DNA from: Malacoraja senta
Taxonomy: Eukaryota
Assembly (NCBI GenBank): GCA_038087875.1
Contig: JAXLNO010000087.1
Coordinates: forward strand, 248,001-297,122
DNA length: 49,122 bases
Reading direction: 5' to 3'
This document shows, piece by piece, positions 1-12,100 of this stretch. Under the pieces are notes generated by a model. It saw nothing but the letters and a program-made list of their open reading frames with translations, did not search any database and was not told the origin of the DNA. The translations under genes were made by a program, and so were the position numbers. Within the stretch, counting starts at the first letter, position 1, and every line of letters starts with the position of its first letter.

Positions 1-111
1 CACCTCACCCCCCCTTCACCCCTCCCCACTCGCCATCCACCCCGCATGCACCTCACCCTTCACCAACCTCACCCCCCCTTCAACCCCTCCCCACTCGCCA
101 TCCACCACACC

Positions 112-1156
112 TAGGTATGTTACAAAACTTACCTTCAGTCGCGCTGTAATTCTGCCATCACTGGCCGTGTGCGCGATTTTGGCGCCTTTAAGGGGGGGGC
201 GGGGTTAAAACACGGGTTTCTCCTCCCTTGTCCTAGTTAATATTGTGTTGGAGTACAAGCGTTGGCTGATGAATCGTTCCTAGTGGCGATTTGTGAATTT
301 TTTATTTTTATTAAATCGTCAATGTCAGCGCTACAATAATTTTAAAATCAGCTCCTGAAGCGTCAACGCCGATAACAGGGACGGATTTCACGCATGGGAC
401 AGGTAAACAAAAGTGCTTTCTTTAAATGTATAAAAGTGCTTCTTAAGAAGCCTTTAATTCACATTTTTTCATGCGATACGGTGATTTTATTCCCCGAATT
501 AACGGCAGTATTTTTCATGCCAATACGGGGTTAAATTCACCGCAAATCAACATTCCAAAAGATCGCGTTCCAGAAAACCTCACTCGCAAGATGAATTAAA
601 TGCCCATTAATTTACAGGTATTAAACATTCAATTCCTTCCATTTGGCCTGTAAATTCATGAAAATTAGATTTAAAAATTATGTTATATTGTGAATTATTG
701 TGTGAATGTTATTTGGACACTTAGGCTATTTAAAAATGTTAATCTATTCTTCAGAAATTGATAGATGTTTAGATCTAGTAATTGAATTTTGTAATTAGCT
801 ACAATTAGGTAACTAACTAATTATATGCTTTACTTTCATGTGTTCGAAGTAAGATTGTTTCATATTTGTTTCAGAATGCTTCAATCTATAATAACTGAAA
901 GTTTCTTTCAGTTATCATAATTTTTAAGAAAGTTATGGGCTTTTAACTGTCCTCGATCACAGCTTTTGTGTTAAGTCAATGGAAAAGCAATAGGGAACAA
1001 GATGCTAATTTCTGAGTATGATAATGGCCATAACTTTTTTAATACTGAAGATATGAAAGTGAATTAAGTGTCAAATTAAACTTCTTTTTATGCTTTATCT
1101 GATGGGATAAATTGCAGACTTTATTTTTTAAATCTCAAAATTTTGTAACATTGCTA
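112..1156. mobile_element. Non-autonomous DNA transposon (MITE-like) with short TIRs
   Basis: Starts TAGGTATGTTACAAAA and ends TTTTGTAACATTGCTA (14/16 inverted match). Flanked by direct repeat CCACACC (105-111 / 1157-1163) in a C-rich context. AT-rich non-coding interior. Confidence 0.65.
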
Positions 1157-1398
1157 CCACACCTCACCCTTCACCACCAACCCCATATTCCACCCCTCAC
1201 CCCCACCATTCACTACTCACCATCCATCCCTCGCCCCCTCCTCAACCCCTCCGCACACTCCTCCCCTCAACCTCACCCACTCCCCTCACACCAACTCACA
1301 ACCACCCCCTCACCCTCTCCCCATCACCCACCCCTTTCCCCATCACCCCCCCAGCCGCCCCTCACCTGCTCCTCCTCTCACCCACCCATTCCCTTCAC

Positions 1399-1513
1399 CT
1401 CACACTCCCAGTCCCGCCCGCGGTGCCTCACCGCTCGCACCCGCTGCCCGGTCCTCACGCGCCCACGGAGCCGCTCCCCGTTCAGCGCGCGTTCAGCCCG
1501 GTCCCTCCACCAT
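1399..1513 (-). pseudogene. NEIL3: NEIL3 (endonuclease VIII-like 3 DNA glycosylase) coding exon 1, frameshifted by a 4-bp insertion
   Basis: Kozak GCCGCCATGG at 1513 reads MVEGPG-stop. Removing AACG (plus 1490-1493) gives MVEGPGCALNGERLRGRVRTGQRVRAVRHRGRDWECE, matching the NEIL3 N-terminus (MVEGPGCTLNGEKIRARV.PGQ.V..VR). Phase-0 donor GAG|GTGAAG at 1399/1398. Could be an assembly error in a functional gene. Confidence 0.85.
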
Positions 1514-1950
1514 GGCGGCGCGACCCCGCTGCCCGCAACCAACGGACAACACACAGGCAGCCGCACGCGCCCAGAGGGAGGGAGTGACCAGCGTGGGGGC
1601 GGGGCCCGAGTGGGGGCGGGGCTAGTGTAGGGCGAGCATGCATGGGATGGCAGATAGAGCGTGGGGGCGGGGCCAAGACTAGTGTGGGACCGGGCCAGCG
1701 TGTGGTGAGGGGCCAGTGGGAGGTGCCATCGTGGGGAGGGATGGGCCAATGGGAGGGATCAGTGTGGGGAGGGCGGGGAGAGGGAGGGGCCAGTTGGCGG
1801 AGTCTGAGGAGCCCCGAGACCGGGCTAACCGCCACGCGCGTCAGAGGAGGCGGGGCTGTGAGGGCGGGAGATTGGGCTGTCGCCCGGACGGTGAGTCGCC
1901 GGTTCGAGTCCCGCCACCGGCACGGCAGAAGAGGAGTGACAGCGGTGATG
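1400..1950. promoter_or_regulatory. CpG island / probable bidirectional promoter
   Basis: CpG-dense island with repeated GGGGCGGGGC Sp1 boxes (~1595-1622, 1664-1673, 1771). Lies between the minus-strand NEIL3 start and a plus-strand donor site. Confidence 0.75.
1800..1890 (+). other. Putative non-coding first exon of a divergent plus-strand gene
   Basis: Strong donor CG|GTGAGT at 1890/1891 at the edge of the CpG island; start approximate. Confidence 0.5.
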
Positions 1951-2289
1951 ACAAGTGTGCATGGCTGCCCATTTCATAGCTGAAGTCGGTGGGGTTTGAC
2001 TCCTCAATGTACATCATTGTTGTAGAGTCACGGAGCCGGGAATCAGGTAGTTATAATCTGAGGAGGGCATGATTAGGAATTGCAGGTGCTGGTTTACCAA
2101 AAGACACAGAGTGCTGGAGTAACTCAGCGGGTCAGGCTGCATCTCTGGAGAAAATGGATAGGTGACTGAGGCAGATACAATAAGAGCATTTAAACACTTG
2201 AATTGGATAAATTATCACACCGTCCATCACTTTTCTGGAGGTTGAGTGGGAGGATTGGCTGGTATGGGTTAGATTTATCCTGTCTAGAA

Positions 2290-2420
2290 TCAAGGGATAT
2301 TGGGGAAAAAGCAGGAGCGGGGTACTGATTGTGGATGATCAGGCATGATCATATTGAATGGTGGTGCTGGTTCGATGGGCCAAATGGCTTACTCCTGCAC
2401 CTATCTTCTATGTTTCTATG
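2290..2420 (+). mobile_element. CR1 LINE 3' end
   Basis: GYGEKAG-type terminus plus 3'UTR GATCATATTGAATGG...CTATGTTTCTATG tail shared with other CR1 copies in the window. Confidence 0.8.
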
Positions 2421-2529
2421 AATTAACTGGGCAATGTTTTTGGTACAAACCAGCATCTGAAGTTCTTTGTTTCTACATGATAGTGTGTACTTGAGATATC
2501 CCACTCCCATGAGATAAAGCTGCCTACAT

Positions 2530-3150
2530 AGAGTTATACAGCATGGAAACATGCCCTTCAGACCAACACCGGCCAACATTTCCCAGCTACACCAGTCCCA
2601 CCTGCCCGCATTTGGTCCATATCCCTCTAAACCTGTCCTATCCATGTACCTGTCCAACTGCTTCCTCAACGTTGCGATAGTCCTTGCCTTAACTACCTCC
2701 TCTGGCAGCTTGTTCCATACACCCACCGCCCTTTGTGTGAAAAAGTTGCCCCTCAGGTTCCTATTAAATCTTTTCCCCCTCATCTTAAGCCTATGTCCTG
2801 TGGTTCTCGATTCACCTACTCTGCAAGAGACTCTGTGTGTCTACCCGATCTATTCCTCGTGGTTTTGTACACCTCTATCAGATCACCCCTCATCCTTCTG
2901 AGCTCCAAGAAATAGAGTCCCAGCCTAATCAACCTCTGCCTATAGCTCAGACCCTTTAGTCCTGGCAACATCATCGTAAATCTTCTCTACACCCTTTCCA
3001 ACTTGACAACATAGCATGGTGCCCAAAACTGAACACAATACTCTAAATCACCAACGTGTTATATAACTGCAACGTGACCTCCTAACCTATACTTAATGCT
3101 CTGACTGATGAAGGCCAATGTGCCAAGCCTTTTTGACCATCTTATCTACC
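2530..3150 (-). mobile_element. CR1-type LINE 3' fragment
   Basis: Minus ORF RGNFFTQRAVGVWNKLPEEVV...LDRYMD, the CR1 ORF2 C-terminus. Confidence 0.8.
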
Positions 3151-3904
3151 GGAGATGCCACTGAGATGTCCCCCTGAGTTAGCATTTTGTGTCTATCTTC
3201 GGTGTAAACCAGCATCTGCAGTTCCTTTCTATGCCCTGCCATGCAATGCAATGTCATGCAATGAATTATGTACCTGTAAAATGGGACAAGCTTAGATGGA
3301 GCATCTTGGCATGGACGAGTTGGTCTGAAGGTCCTGTTCCGAGCTGTTTGACTGTATGAATGTAAAGAATATAAATTCCAAAATGATGAAAGTTTTCACT
3401 GACTTCCAAAGCAGAGGTGGATTCTTACTAAAATAGACTGCATTTTGACTGCAGAGGGAGCTGCAGGCATATTTTTCCACAGTATGTACCATCCTCGCGT
3501 TTGGGAGTGCAGTGTTTAATTGCCGTATTTACTGGCAACAAAACAATGAAATTCTTGCTTGCTGCAGCTTTACAGGCCCCTAAACACAATGGCATGCGGA
3601 TAAATTCACGATAATTACTCATCAATTAATCTATTAATAGAATGACACATCATCAGGATAGATGAACTCGCAGTGGCTTTCTTCTTCTTTCGTGTCCATC
3701 TTCCATGTTTCAAATGTTGACATCGCTGTCATCGTGCGTCTTGAAAAGGACGCAAACTTCCGGAATCAGTGGGAGCCATCACTTGTTGCTCAGGATACTT
3801 CCAGTTTCCAGCCCCGCGATGGGGACGCTTCTGCTATGGGGCCGCAGTGGCTTTGATACTGTCCAATATCCATCACAGATGAAAAGTATGATTAATCTTA
3901 CAAT

Positions 3905-4380
3905 AAACAATAGGTGGAGTGGGCCATTCGGCCCTTCGAGCCAGCACCGCCATTCAATGTGATCATGGCTGATCATCCACAATCAGTACCCCGTTCCTGC
4001 CATCTCTCCATATTCCTTAACTCTGCTATCGCTAAGAGCGCTATCTAACTCTCTCTTGAAAGCATGCAGAGAACCAGCCTGAGGCAGAGAATTCCACAGA
4101 CTCACAACTCTCTGTGTGAAAAAGTTTTTCCTCATCTCTGTTCTATAATACCTTACCACTTATTCTTAAACTATGGCCCCTGGTTCTGGACTCCCCCAAC
4201 CTTGGGAACATGTTTCCTGCCTCTACCGTGTTCAAACCCTTAATACTCTTATATGTTTCAATAAGATCCCCGCTCATCCTTCTAAATTCCAGAGTATACA
4301 AGCCCAGCTGCTCCAATCTATCAACATATGACAGTCCTGCCATCCCGGGTATTAACCTCGTGAACCTACGCTGCACTCCA
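3905..4380 (-). mobile_element. CR1 LINE 3' fragment
   Basis: GVQRRFTRLIPGMAGLSY...RTRGHSLRI plus CR1 3'UTR. Confidence 0.85.
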
Positions 4381-4534
4381 ATGTGTATAGGTATAGCTAA
4401 ACCTGATGGAAGTATATACAATTATGAGATTCATAGACAGGGTAGACAGTCAGAACCTTAATTTCAAGGTGGGAATAACAAATACTAGAGGGTATAAGAT
4501 GCAAGCATAAAGGAGATGTGCAAGAGCGAGGTAG

Positions 4535-6115
4535 ACACAGAGTGCTGGAGTAACTCAGCGGATCAGGCAGCACCTCTGGAGAGAAGGAATGGGTGACGTT
4601 TCGGGTCAAGACCCTTTTTCAGACTCATGTCAGGTGAGGGGGCGGGACAGAGATAGAATGTAGTCGGAGACAGTAAGACTGGTGGGAGAACTGGGAAGGG
4701 GGATGGGATGGAGAGAGAGGGAAAGCAAGGGCTATTTGAAGTTAGAGAAGTCAATGTTCATACTGCTGGGGTGTAAACTACCCAAGCAAAATATTAGGTG
4801 GTGTTCCACCAATTTGTGCTGGGCCTCACTCTGACAATGGAGGAGGCCCAGGACAGAAAGGTCTGATTGGGAATGGGAGGGGGAGTTGAAATGCTGAGCC
4901 ACCATTAAATCAGGTAAGTTAAGACAGACTGAGCGGAGGTGTTCAGCGAAACGATCGCCAAGCCTGCGCCTGGTCTCGCCGATGTAGAGAAGTTAATACC
5001 TGGAACAGCGGATACAGTAGATAAGGTTGGAGGAGGTGCAAGTGAACCTCTGCCTCATCTGGAAAGACTGGGTCCTTGGATGGAGTCGAGGGGGGAGGTA
5101 AAGTGACAGGTGTTGCATCTCCTGCGGTTGCAGGGGAAAGTACCAGGGGAGGGGATGGTACACAAAAATGCTGGAGAAACTCAGCGGGTGCAGCAGCATC
5201 TATGGAGCAAAGGAAATAGGCAACGTTTCGGGCCGAAACCCTTCTTCAGACTGGAGGTTTGGAGGGGATGGGATGGAGACTGGAGGGGATGATTTGGGTG
5301 GGGAGGGACGAGTTGACCAGGGAGTTTTGGAGGGAACGGTCTCTGCGGAGAGCAGAAAGGAGTGGAGATGGGAAGATGTGGCCAGTAGTGGGATCCTGTT
5401 GGAGGTGGCGAAAATGTTAGAGGATTATATGCTGTATGCGACGGCTGATGGGGTGGAAGGTGGGAACAATGGGGACTCTGTCCTTGTTACGAATGGGGGG
5501 AGCGGGAGCAAGAGCGGAGCTGCGTGATATCAAGGAGACCTCAGTGAGAGCCTCATCTATAATAGAAGAGGGGAACTCCCGTTTCCTAAAGAATGAGGAC
5601 ATCTCTGATGCCCTGGTATGGAACACCTCATCCTGGGTGCAGATGCGGCGTAGACGGAGGAAATGGGAGTAAGGGATAGAGTCCTTACAGGAAGCAGGGT
5701 GGGAAGAATTGTTGTCCAGATAGCTATGGGAGTCAGTAGGTTTGTAGTAGATGTCAGTCAATAGTCTGTTTCCTGTGATGGAGACGATGAGATCTAGCAA
5801 CGGTAGGGAGATGTCGGAGATGGTCCAAGTAAATTTGAGTGCAGGATGGAAATTAGTGGTGAAGTGGATGAAGTCAGTGAGTTCTGCATGGGTGCAGGAG
5901 GTGGCACCAATGCAGTCGTCAATGTAGCGGAGGTAGAGTTTGGGGATAGGGCCACGGTATGCCTCAAACAAGGATTGTACGATGCACCATACAAAGAGGC
6001 AGGCATAGCTGGGGCCCATGCGAGTGCCCCGTAGCTACGCCTTGGTTTTGGAGAAAGTGGGAGGAGTCGAAGGAGATGTTGTTGAGGGTAAGGACCAGCT
6101 CCGCTAGGCGGAGGA
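4535..6115 (-). mobile_element. Penelope-like element fragment(s) (RT + GIY-YIG)
   Basis: MGPSYACLFV...YLRYIDDCIG...YYKPTDSHSYL (5417-6019) and TCTSSNLIYCIRCSR; same family as 31172-34150. Confidence 0.85.
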
Positions 6116-6116
6116 A

Positions 6117-6858
6117 ATATAGAAACATAGAAAATAGGTGCAGGAGGAGGCCATTCAGCCCTTCGAGCCAGCACCGCCATTCATTATGATCATTGCTGAT
6201 CGTCCCCTATCAATAACCCGTGCCTGTCTTCTCCCCATATCCCTTGACTCCACTAACCCCTAGAGCTCTATCTAACTCTCTCTTAAATCCATCCAGTGAT
6301 TTGGCCTCTACTGCCCTCTGTGGCAGGGAATTCCATAAATTCACAACTCTCTGGGTGAAAACGTTTTTTCTCACCTCAGTATTAAATGACCTCCCCTTTA
6401 TTCTAAGACTGTGGCCCCTGGGTCTGGACTCGCCCAACATTGGGAACATTTTTCCTACATCCAGCTTGTCCAGTCCTTTTATAATTTTATAGAAACATAG
6501 AAACATAGAAAATAGGTGCAGGGGTAGGCCATTCGGCCCTTCGAGCCTGCACCGCCATTCAATATGATCATGGCTGATCATCCAACTCAGTATCCTGTAC
6601 CTGCTTTCTCTCCATACCCCCTGATCCCTTTAGCCACAAGGGCCACATCTAACTCCCTCTTAAATATAGCCAATGAACTGGCCTCAACTACCTTCTGTGG
6701 CAGAGAATTCCAGAGATTCACCACTCTCTGTGTGAAAAATGTTTTCCTCATCTCGGTCCTAAAAGATTTCCCCCTTATCCTTAAACTGTGACCCCTTGTT
6801 CTGGACTTCCCCAACAAAAATGGGAAACTTATATGTTTCTATAAGATCCCCCCTCATC
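6117..6858 (-). mobile_element. Two stacked CR1 3' ends
   Basis: Two minus ORFs ending FFTQRVVNLWNSLPQ...GYGEKxGTGY, each with its own 3'UTR and (CTATGTTT)n tail. Confidence 0.85.
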
Positions 6859-6859
6859 C

Positions 6860-7985
6860 TCAAAGCCCTTTCCTCCATGACAGTCATCCTCATTTACCGG
6901 CCACCTAAACCAAACCCCTCCTTCCTATCTGACTTCACTGAATTCCTCACACTTGTCTCATCTCTCACCCCACGTCTGCTGCTACTTGGTGACTTAAACA
7001 TTCATATGGACTCCCCCACCTGCAAGTTTGCATCTGAATTCGCTTTTCTACTTGACAACTTTTCTCTCACTCAGCACGTCACCTTTCCCACTCATGACAA
7101 AGGTCACATCCTTGACCTGGTCTGCTCCACAAATCAACCGGTACTCGACCTCCATCCATGCCTCTTCCCCCTCTCTGATCATAAGCTTATACGGTTCACC
7201 ATCCCTTCTCCGACACCTCGCCCCCGCTTCCTCCGAGAAATCACCTTCCGTAATCTAAAATCCATCGACCCTCACCATCTCTCTGACCTGCTCTCCACCA
7301 CTCTCCCCCTGGACCCAACCCACATCTCACCTGATGATCTCACAAACCAACTCAATTCCACCTTGTCTACCTCTCTTAACACTCTGGCTCCCCTCAAAAC
7401 AAGAACCGTAACTTTTAATAAATCTTCACCCTGGTACACACCTGCACTTCGTAAGCTGAAACAGATTGGTCGCCGACTTGAACGACTCATAAAGAAATCA
7501 CCTCTCACAGTCCACCATGAAGCTTACAAACTCCACCTCACTGCCTACAAAGATGCCCTCATTGCTGCTAAATCTGCATACCTCCATATTCACCGACCCC
7601 TGCCTAAACCACAGAACCCTCTTCTCCACAGTGTGCAACCTCCTCAAACCTCGAGCCAACACTCTCCCTACCTCCACTCCGGATCTTTGCAACTCATTCC
7701 TCCACTTTTTTGCTGACAAAATCAGCACCATCTATCAATCCTTATCCCCTGTACCTGACTCCCCAGCATCTACTCCACCACCTACCAAGGCCCCTCCTTT
7801 CAACATCTCTGCTGATCTCCATACCCCTCCCCCTCACTGCTTCCTCTCCCAGTTTGACCCGGTCACCTCTACTGAAATCTCCAAACTCATCAGCTCTTCC
7901 AAACCCACTACCTGCTCCCTTGACCCTCTCCCCACTCCCCTGCTGAAGTCCTGCCTCCCCGCTCTCTGCCCCTACCTCACTAATC
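6860..7985 (+). mobile_element. L2-clade LINE fragment (APE endonuclease + linker, frameshifted)
   Basis: IYRPPK, LLLGDLNIH, FPTHDKGHILDLV, LSDHKLI, PWYTPALR, KPTTCSLDPLPT motifs. Confidence 0.85.
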
Positions 7986-7989
7986 ACTA

Positions 7990-9130
7990 ATGAAGGCCAA
8001 CATGCTATTTGCTTTTTACACTGCCTGCTGTACCTGCATGCTTAGTGACTGATGTTCAAGGACACCCAGGTCTCATTGCATCTCCCCTGTTCCTAATCTG
8101 ACACCATTCAGATAATGTGTAGGAAAGAACTTCAGATGCTGGTTTAAAAATGCTGGTCTACCATTCACATAATAATGTGCCTTCTTGTTCTTGCTACCAA
8201 AGTGGATAACCTCACATTTTTCCACATTATACTGAATCTGCCCACTCACCAAACCTATCCAAGTCACCCTGCAGCCTCCTAGCATCATCCTCGCAGCTCA
8301 CACTGCCACCCAGCTTTGTTTCATTGAAACAATACCTTGGGATCTTCTATCTTATCCTGACAGCAGATGCAGCCTTGATTCTAACAGCCCCTCCAATGTT
8401 GCAGCACTTTATCAACACAACCCAACTTGCCCACACTGACCAAGATGCCCCATCTAAGCTAGTCCCATTTGCCTGCATTTGGCCCATATCCCTCTATACC
8501 TTTTCTGTCCACGTATCTGTCCAAATGTCTTTTAAATTGCCTCAGTCAAACAGTTCCTTCGGCCCAACTCCTCCATACCGATCCAGATACCCCATCTAAG
8601 CTCTGCCCACCTGCCTGCACCTAGCCACTATCCCCCTAGACCTTTCCTATCCATTTATCTGTCCAAATGTCTTTTAAATGTTCCCATAGTACCTTCCTCA
8701 ACTACTCCTCTGGCAGCACGTTCCATAAACCTACCACACTCTGTGAAAACATTCCCCTCAGGTTCCTAATAAATCTTTTCCCTCTCACCATTAACCTATA
8801 CACTCTAGTTCTTCATTCCCCTACCATGGGGGTAAAAGACTGTCATTCACTCTATCTCTTTCTCTTATGATTTTGTACACCTCTATAAGATCACTCCACA
8901 CCCTCCTGGGCTAAAATCCGAGCCTGCTTAACCTCTTCCAATCGATCAGTCCCTCGAATCCTGGTCACATCCTCATAAATCTTCACTGCACCCTTTTAAG
9001 CTTGACAACATCTTTCCTATAACATGGTGAACAAGACTGAACACAATACTCAAACTGCGGCCTCACTAATGTCTTATTCAACTAACATGACCTCCCAACT
9101 CTGTATGCAATACTCTGACTGATGAAGGCG
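7990..9130 (-). mobile_element. Degenerate CR1 fragments
   Basis: QYNVEKCEVIHFG...YYVNG and reverse-complement CR1 3' sequence. Confidence 0.65.
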
Positions 9131-9323
9131 CTAGTATGCAAAACAAACCTGTTCACAGAACATGATAATAGATGCTAGACAAAAGTGCTGGAGAAACTCA
9201 GCGGGTGCAGCAGCATCTATGGAGCGAAGGAAATAGGCAACGTTTTGGGCCGAAAACCCTTCTGCCGCACCCGCTGAGTTTCTCCAGCACTTTGTCTACC
9301 ATGATAATAATAAAATAAATCCT

Positions 9324-10795
9324 GTGGATTGGAGGATAGCTAATGTTATCCCACTTTTCAAGAAAGGAGTGAGAGAGAAAACGGGAAATTACAGACCAGT
9401 TAGCCTGACTTCGGTGGTGGGAAAGATGCTGGAGTCAATTATTAAAGAGGTAATAATGTGGCATTTGGATAGCAGGAAAAGGATTAGTCCATGTCAGCAT
9501 GGATTTATGAAAGGAAAATCATGCTTGACTAATCTTCTGGAATTTTTTGAGGTTGTGACAAGTAAAATGGATGAAGGGGAGCCAGTGGATGTAGTGTATC
9601 GAGACTTTCAGAAAGCCTTTGATTAGGTCCCACACGGGAGACTGGTGACTAAGATTAGAGCACATGGTATTGGGGGTAGGGTGTTGACGTGGATAGAAAA
9701 TTAGTTGGCAGACAGGAAGCAAAGAGGAGGAGTGAACGGGTCCTTTTCGGAATGGCAGGCAGTGGCGAGTGGAGTGCCGCAAGGCTCGGTGTTGGGGCCG
9801 CAACTGATTACCATATATATTAATGATTTGGAAGAGGGAATTAGGAGCAACACTAGTAAGTTTGCGGATGACACAACGCTGGGTGGCAGTGTGAACTGTG
9901 AAGAGGATGTTGGGAGGTTGCAGGGTGATCTGGACAGGTTGAGTGAGTGGGCAGATGCGTGGCAGAGCCAATATAATATAGATAAATGTGAGGTTATCCA
10001 CTTTGGTGGCAAAAACAAGGGGTCAGATTATTATCTCTATGGGGTTAGGTTAGGTAAGGGGGAGGTACAGCGAGACCTGGGTGTCCTTGTACACCGGTCA
10101 CTGAAAGATGGCGTGCAGGTACAGCAGGTAATGAAGAAAGCTAATGGAATGTTGGCCTTCATAACAAGAGGATTTCAGTATAGGAGTAGAGAGGTTCTTC
10201 TGCAGTTGTATAGGGCTCAGGTAAGACCACATCTGGAGTATTGCATACAGTTTTGTTCTCCTAATTTGAGGAAGGACATCCTTGTGATTGAGGCAGTGCA
10301 GCGAAGGTTCACAAGATTGATCCCTGGGATGGCGGGACTGTCATATGAGGAAAGATTGAAAAGACTAGGCGTGTATTCACTGGAGTTTAGAAGGATGAGG
10401 GGGGATCTTATAGAAACATATAAAATTATAAAAGGACTGGATTAGCTAGATGCAGGAAAAATGTTCCCAATGTTGTGTGAGTCCAGAACCAGGGGCCACA
10501 GTCTTAGAATAAAGGGAAGGCCATTTAAGACTGAGGTGAGAAAAAAACTTTTTCACCCAGAGAGTTGTGAATTTGTGGAATTCCCTGCCACAGAGGGCAG
10601 TGGAGGCCAAATCACTGGATAGATTTAAGAGAGAGGTCGATAGAACTCTAGGGGCTAGTGGAATCAAGGGATATGGGGAGAAGGCAGGCACGGGTTATTG
10701 ATTGGGGACGATCAGCCATAATCACAATGAATGGCGGTGCTGGCTCGAAGGGCCGAATGGCCTCCTCCTGCACCTCTTTTCTATGTTTCTATGTA
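9324..10795 (+). mobile_element. CR1 LINE, 5'-truncated, RT domain with stops
   Basis: NYRPVSLTS, DFQKAFD, GVPQGSVLGP, KFADDT motifs and CR1 3'UTR tail. Confidence 0.92.
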
Positions 10796-11047
10796 AATCT
10801 TTCCCGTAGCAGAGCGATCAAAACTGAACACAATACTGTAAATGCGGCCTCACCAACGTCTTGCACAATTGTAACTTAACATCCCAACTCCTGTACTCAA
10901 TACCTCGACTGATGAAGGTCAGTAAAGGCTAGCATGCAAAATAAAACCGTTCACTACACGTGACCTTAATTAACCTAAGCCTAAACATAAGGTCTCATTC
11001 TAAAATAAAAACATTTTTTTTCAACAGCTTCAATTTTTGCTCAAAAT

Positions 11048-11140
11048 ATGGGGTTCTCCAGCGAAGATTTGACAACGAATGTGTCTTTGTCCGAGCGCTT
11101 AGAGTGGCTGAACCAGAAGTGCCAGCCCAACTTCAGGAAG
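11048..11140 (+). CDS. Putative first coding exon (exon 11028-11140) of an unidentified gene: MGFSSEDLTTNVSLSERLEWLNQKCQPNFRK
   Basis: Acceptor TTTTTTTTCAACAG at 11027, ATG at 11048, donor AAG|GTGAGA at 11140/11141 (phase 0). Sequence appears non-repetitive. Confidence 0.5.
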
Positions 11141-11569
11141 GTGAGATACGACACTAAATGCTGGAGTAACTGGGCGAGACAGGCAGCATCTCTGGAGATA
11201 TGGAATGGGTGGAATTTCGGGTTGAGACCCTTCTTCAGACTGAGAGTCAGGATAGAGGGAGACACAGAGATATGGAAGGGTAAGGTGTGAAAACAAGACA
11301 TGTAAATGTAAAATGGATCATTGGTGGCTGAGGGGAAGGTGACAACGAGGCATACAATCAGCAAGATTTAATCAGGAGGACAGTAAACTAGTTGGAGGAC
11401 TAGGATAGGGGATGGAGATAGAGGGAAAGTTAGAGAAGTCAATAGAGAAGTAGGAAGGTGAGTGTCCTTTCCCCTTGTAAGAGAAGTTCTGCTGAATGTT
11501 TTAGACACTTTCAGAGCATGAAATCCGATGTGAAGGGAACTAACAGGTGAAATCCCTGGTCTTTCACAG

Positions 11570-11687
11570 CATGTCTCCCCGCCTGCTGAAACCTCATGTG
11601 GACCCTACAAACCAGTGAAGGAGCTCGGAACACAAAAACCAAGAAACACTTCAGCGTGCAGCCAATTTCCCAGCCATGACACCATCG
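11570..11687 (+). CDS. Candidate next exon (HVSPPAETSCGPYKPVKELGTQKPRNTSACSQFPSHDTI)
   Basis: TTTCACAG acceptor, open phase-0 frame, G|GTAAAT donor. No homology recognised. Confidence 0.25.
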
Positions 11688-11744
11688 GTAAATGTTTCAA
11701 CATAAATTATTACGCTTAAAATAAATTTATATACTTCTTAAAAA

Positions 11745-12100
11745 GTAAATAAAATTACGAGAGGCATAGATAGGGGTGACGGTCAGAATCTTTTTCCCAG
11801 GATGCAAATATCAAATACTAGAGGGCATAGCTCTAAGATGAGAGGGGGAAAGTTTAAAGGAGTTGTTTGGAGCAAGTTTTTTATACTGAGAGTGGTTGGG
11901 GCTTGGAATGTCCAGCCGGGTTGGAGCTGGAGACAGATAAGTTAGTGGCATTTAAAAGACTTTGGAAAGGCACATGGATACGCAGGGAATGGAAAGATGT
12001 GATTTGTGAGCAGGCAGATAAGTAATGGTTTTGGCATCATAGCCGTCATGGACATTGTGGGCTGAAGGGCCTGTTCTTGTGCTGTACTCTTCTATGTTCT
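11745..12100 (+). mobile_element. Old CR1-type 3' fragment
   Basis: Degenerate TRGH motif, GGGCTGAAGGGCCTGTT...TTCTATGTTCT tail. Confidence 0.65.

Noticed and set aside
1493..1495. TGA at the NEIL3 Cys7 position as selenocysteine or readthrough
   Set aside because: Readthrough stays in the wrong frame; homology needs a 4-nt deletion.
1112..1630. 172-aa Pro/His-rich plus-strand ORF
   Set aside because: Arises from C-rich low-complexity intron sequence antisense to NEIL3 exon 1.
3662..3962. Short ORFs in apparently unique sequence
   Set aside because: No recognisable motif or splice signals; runs into a CR1 tail.
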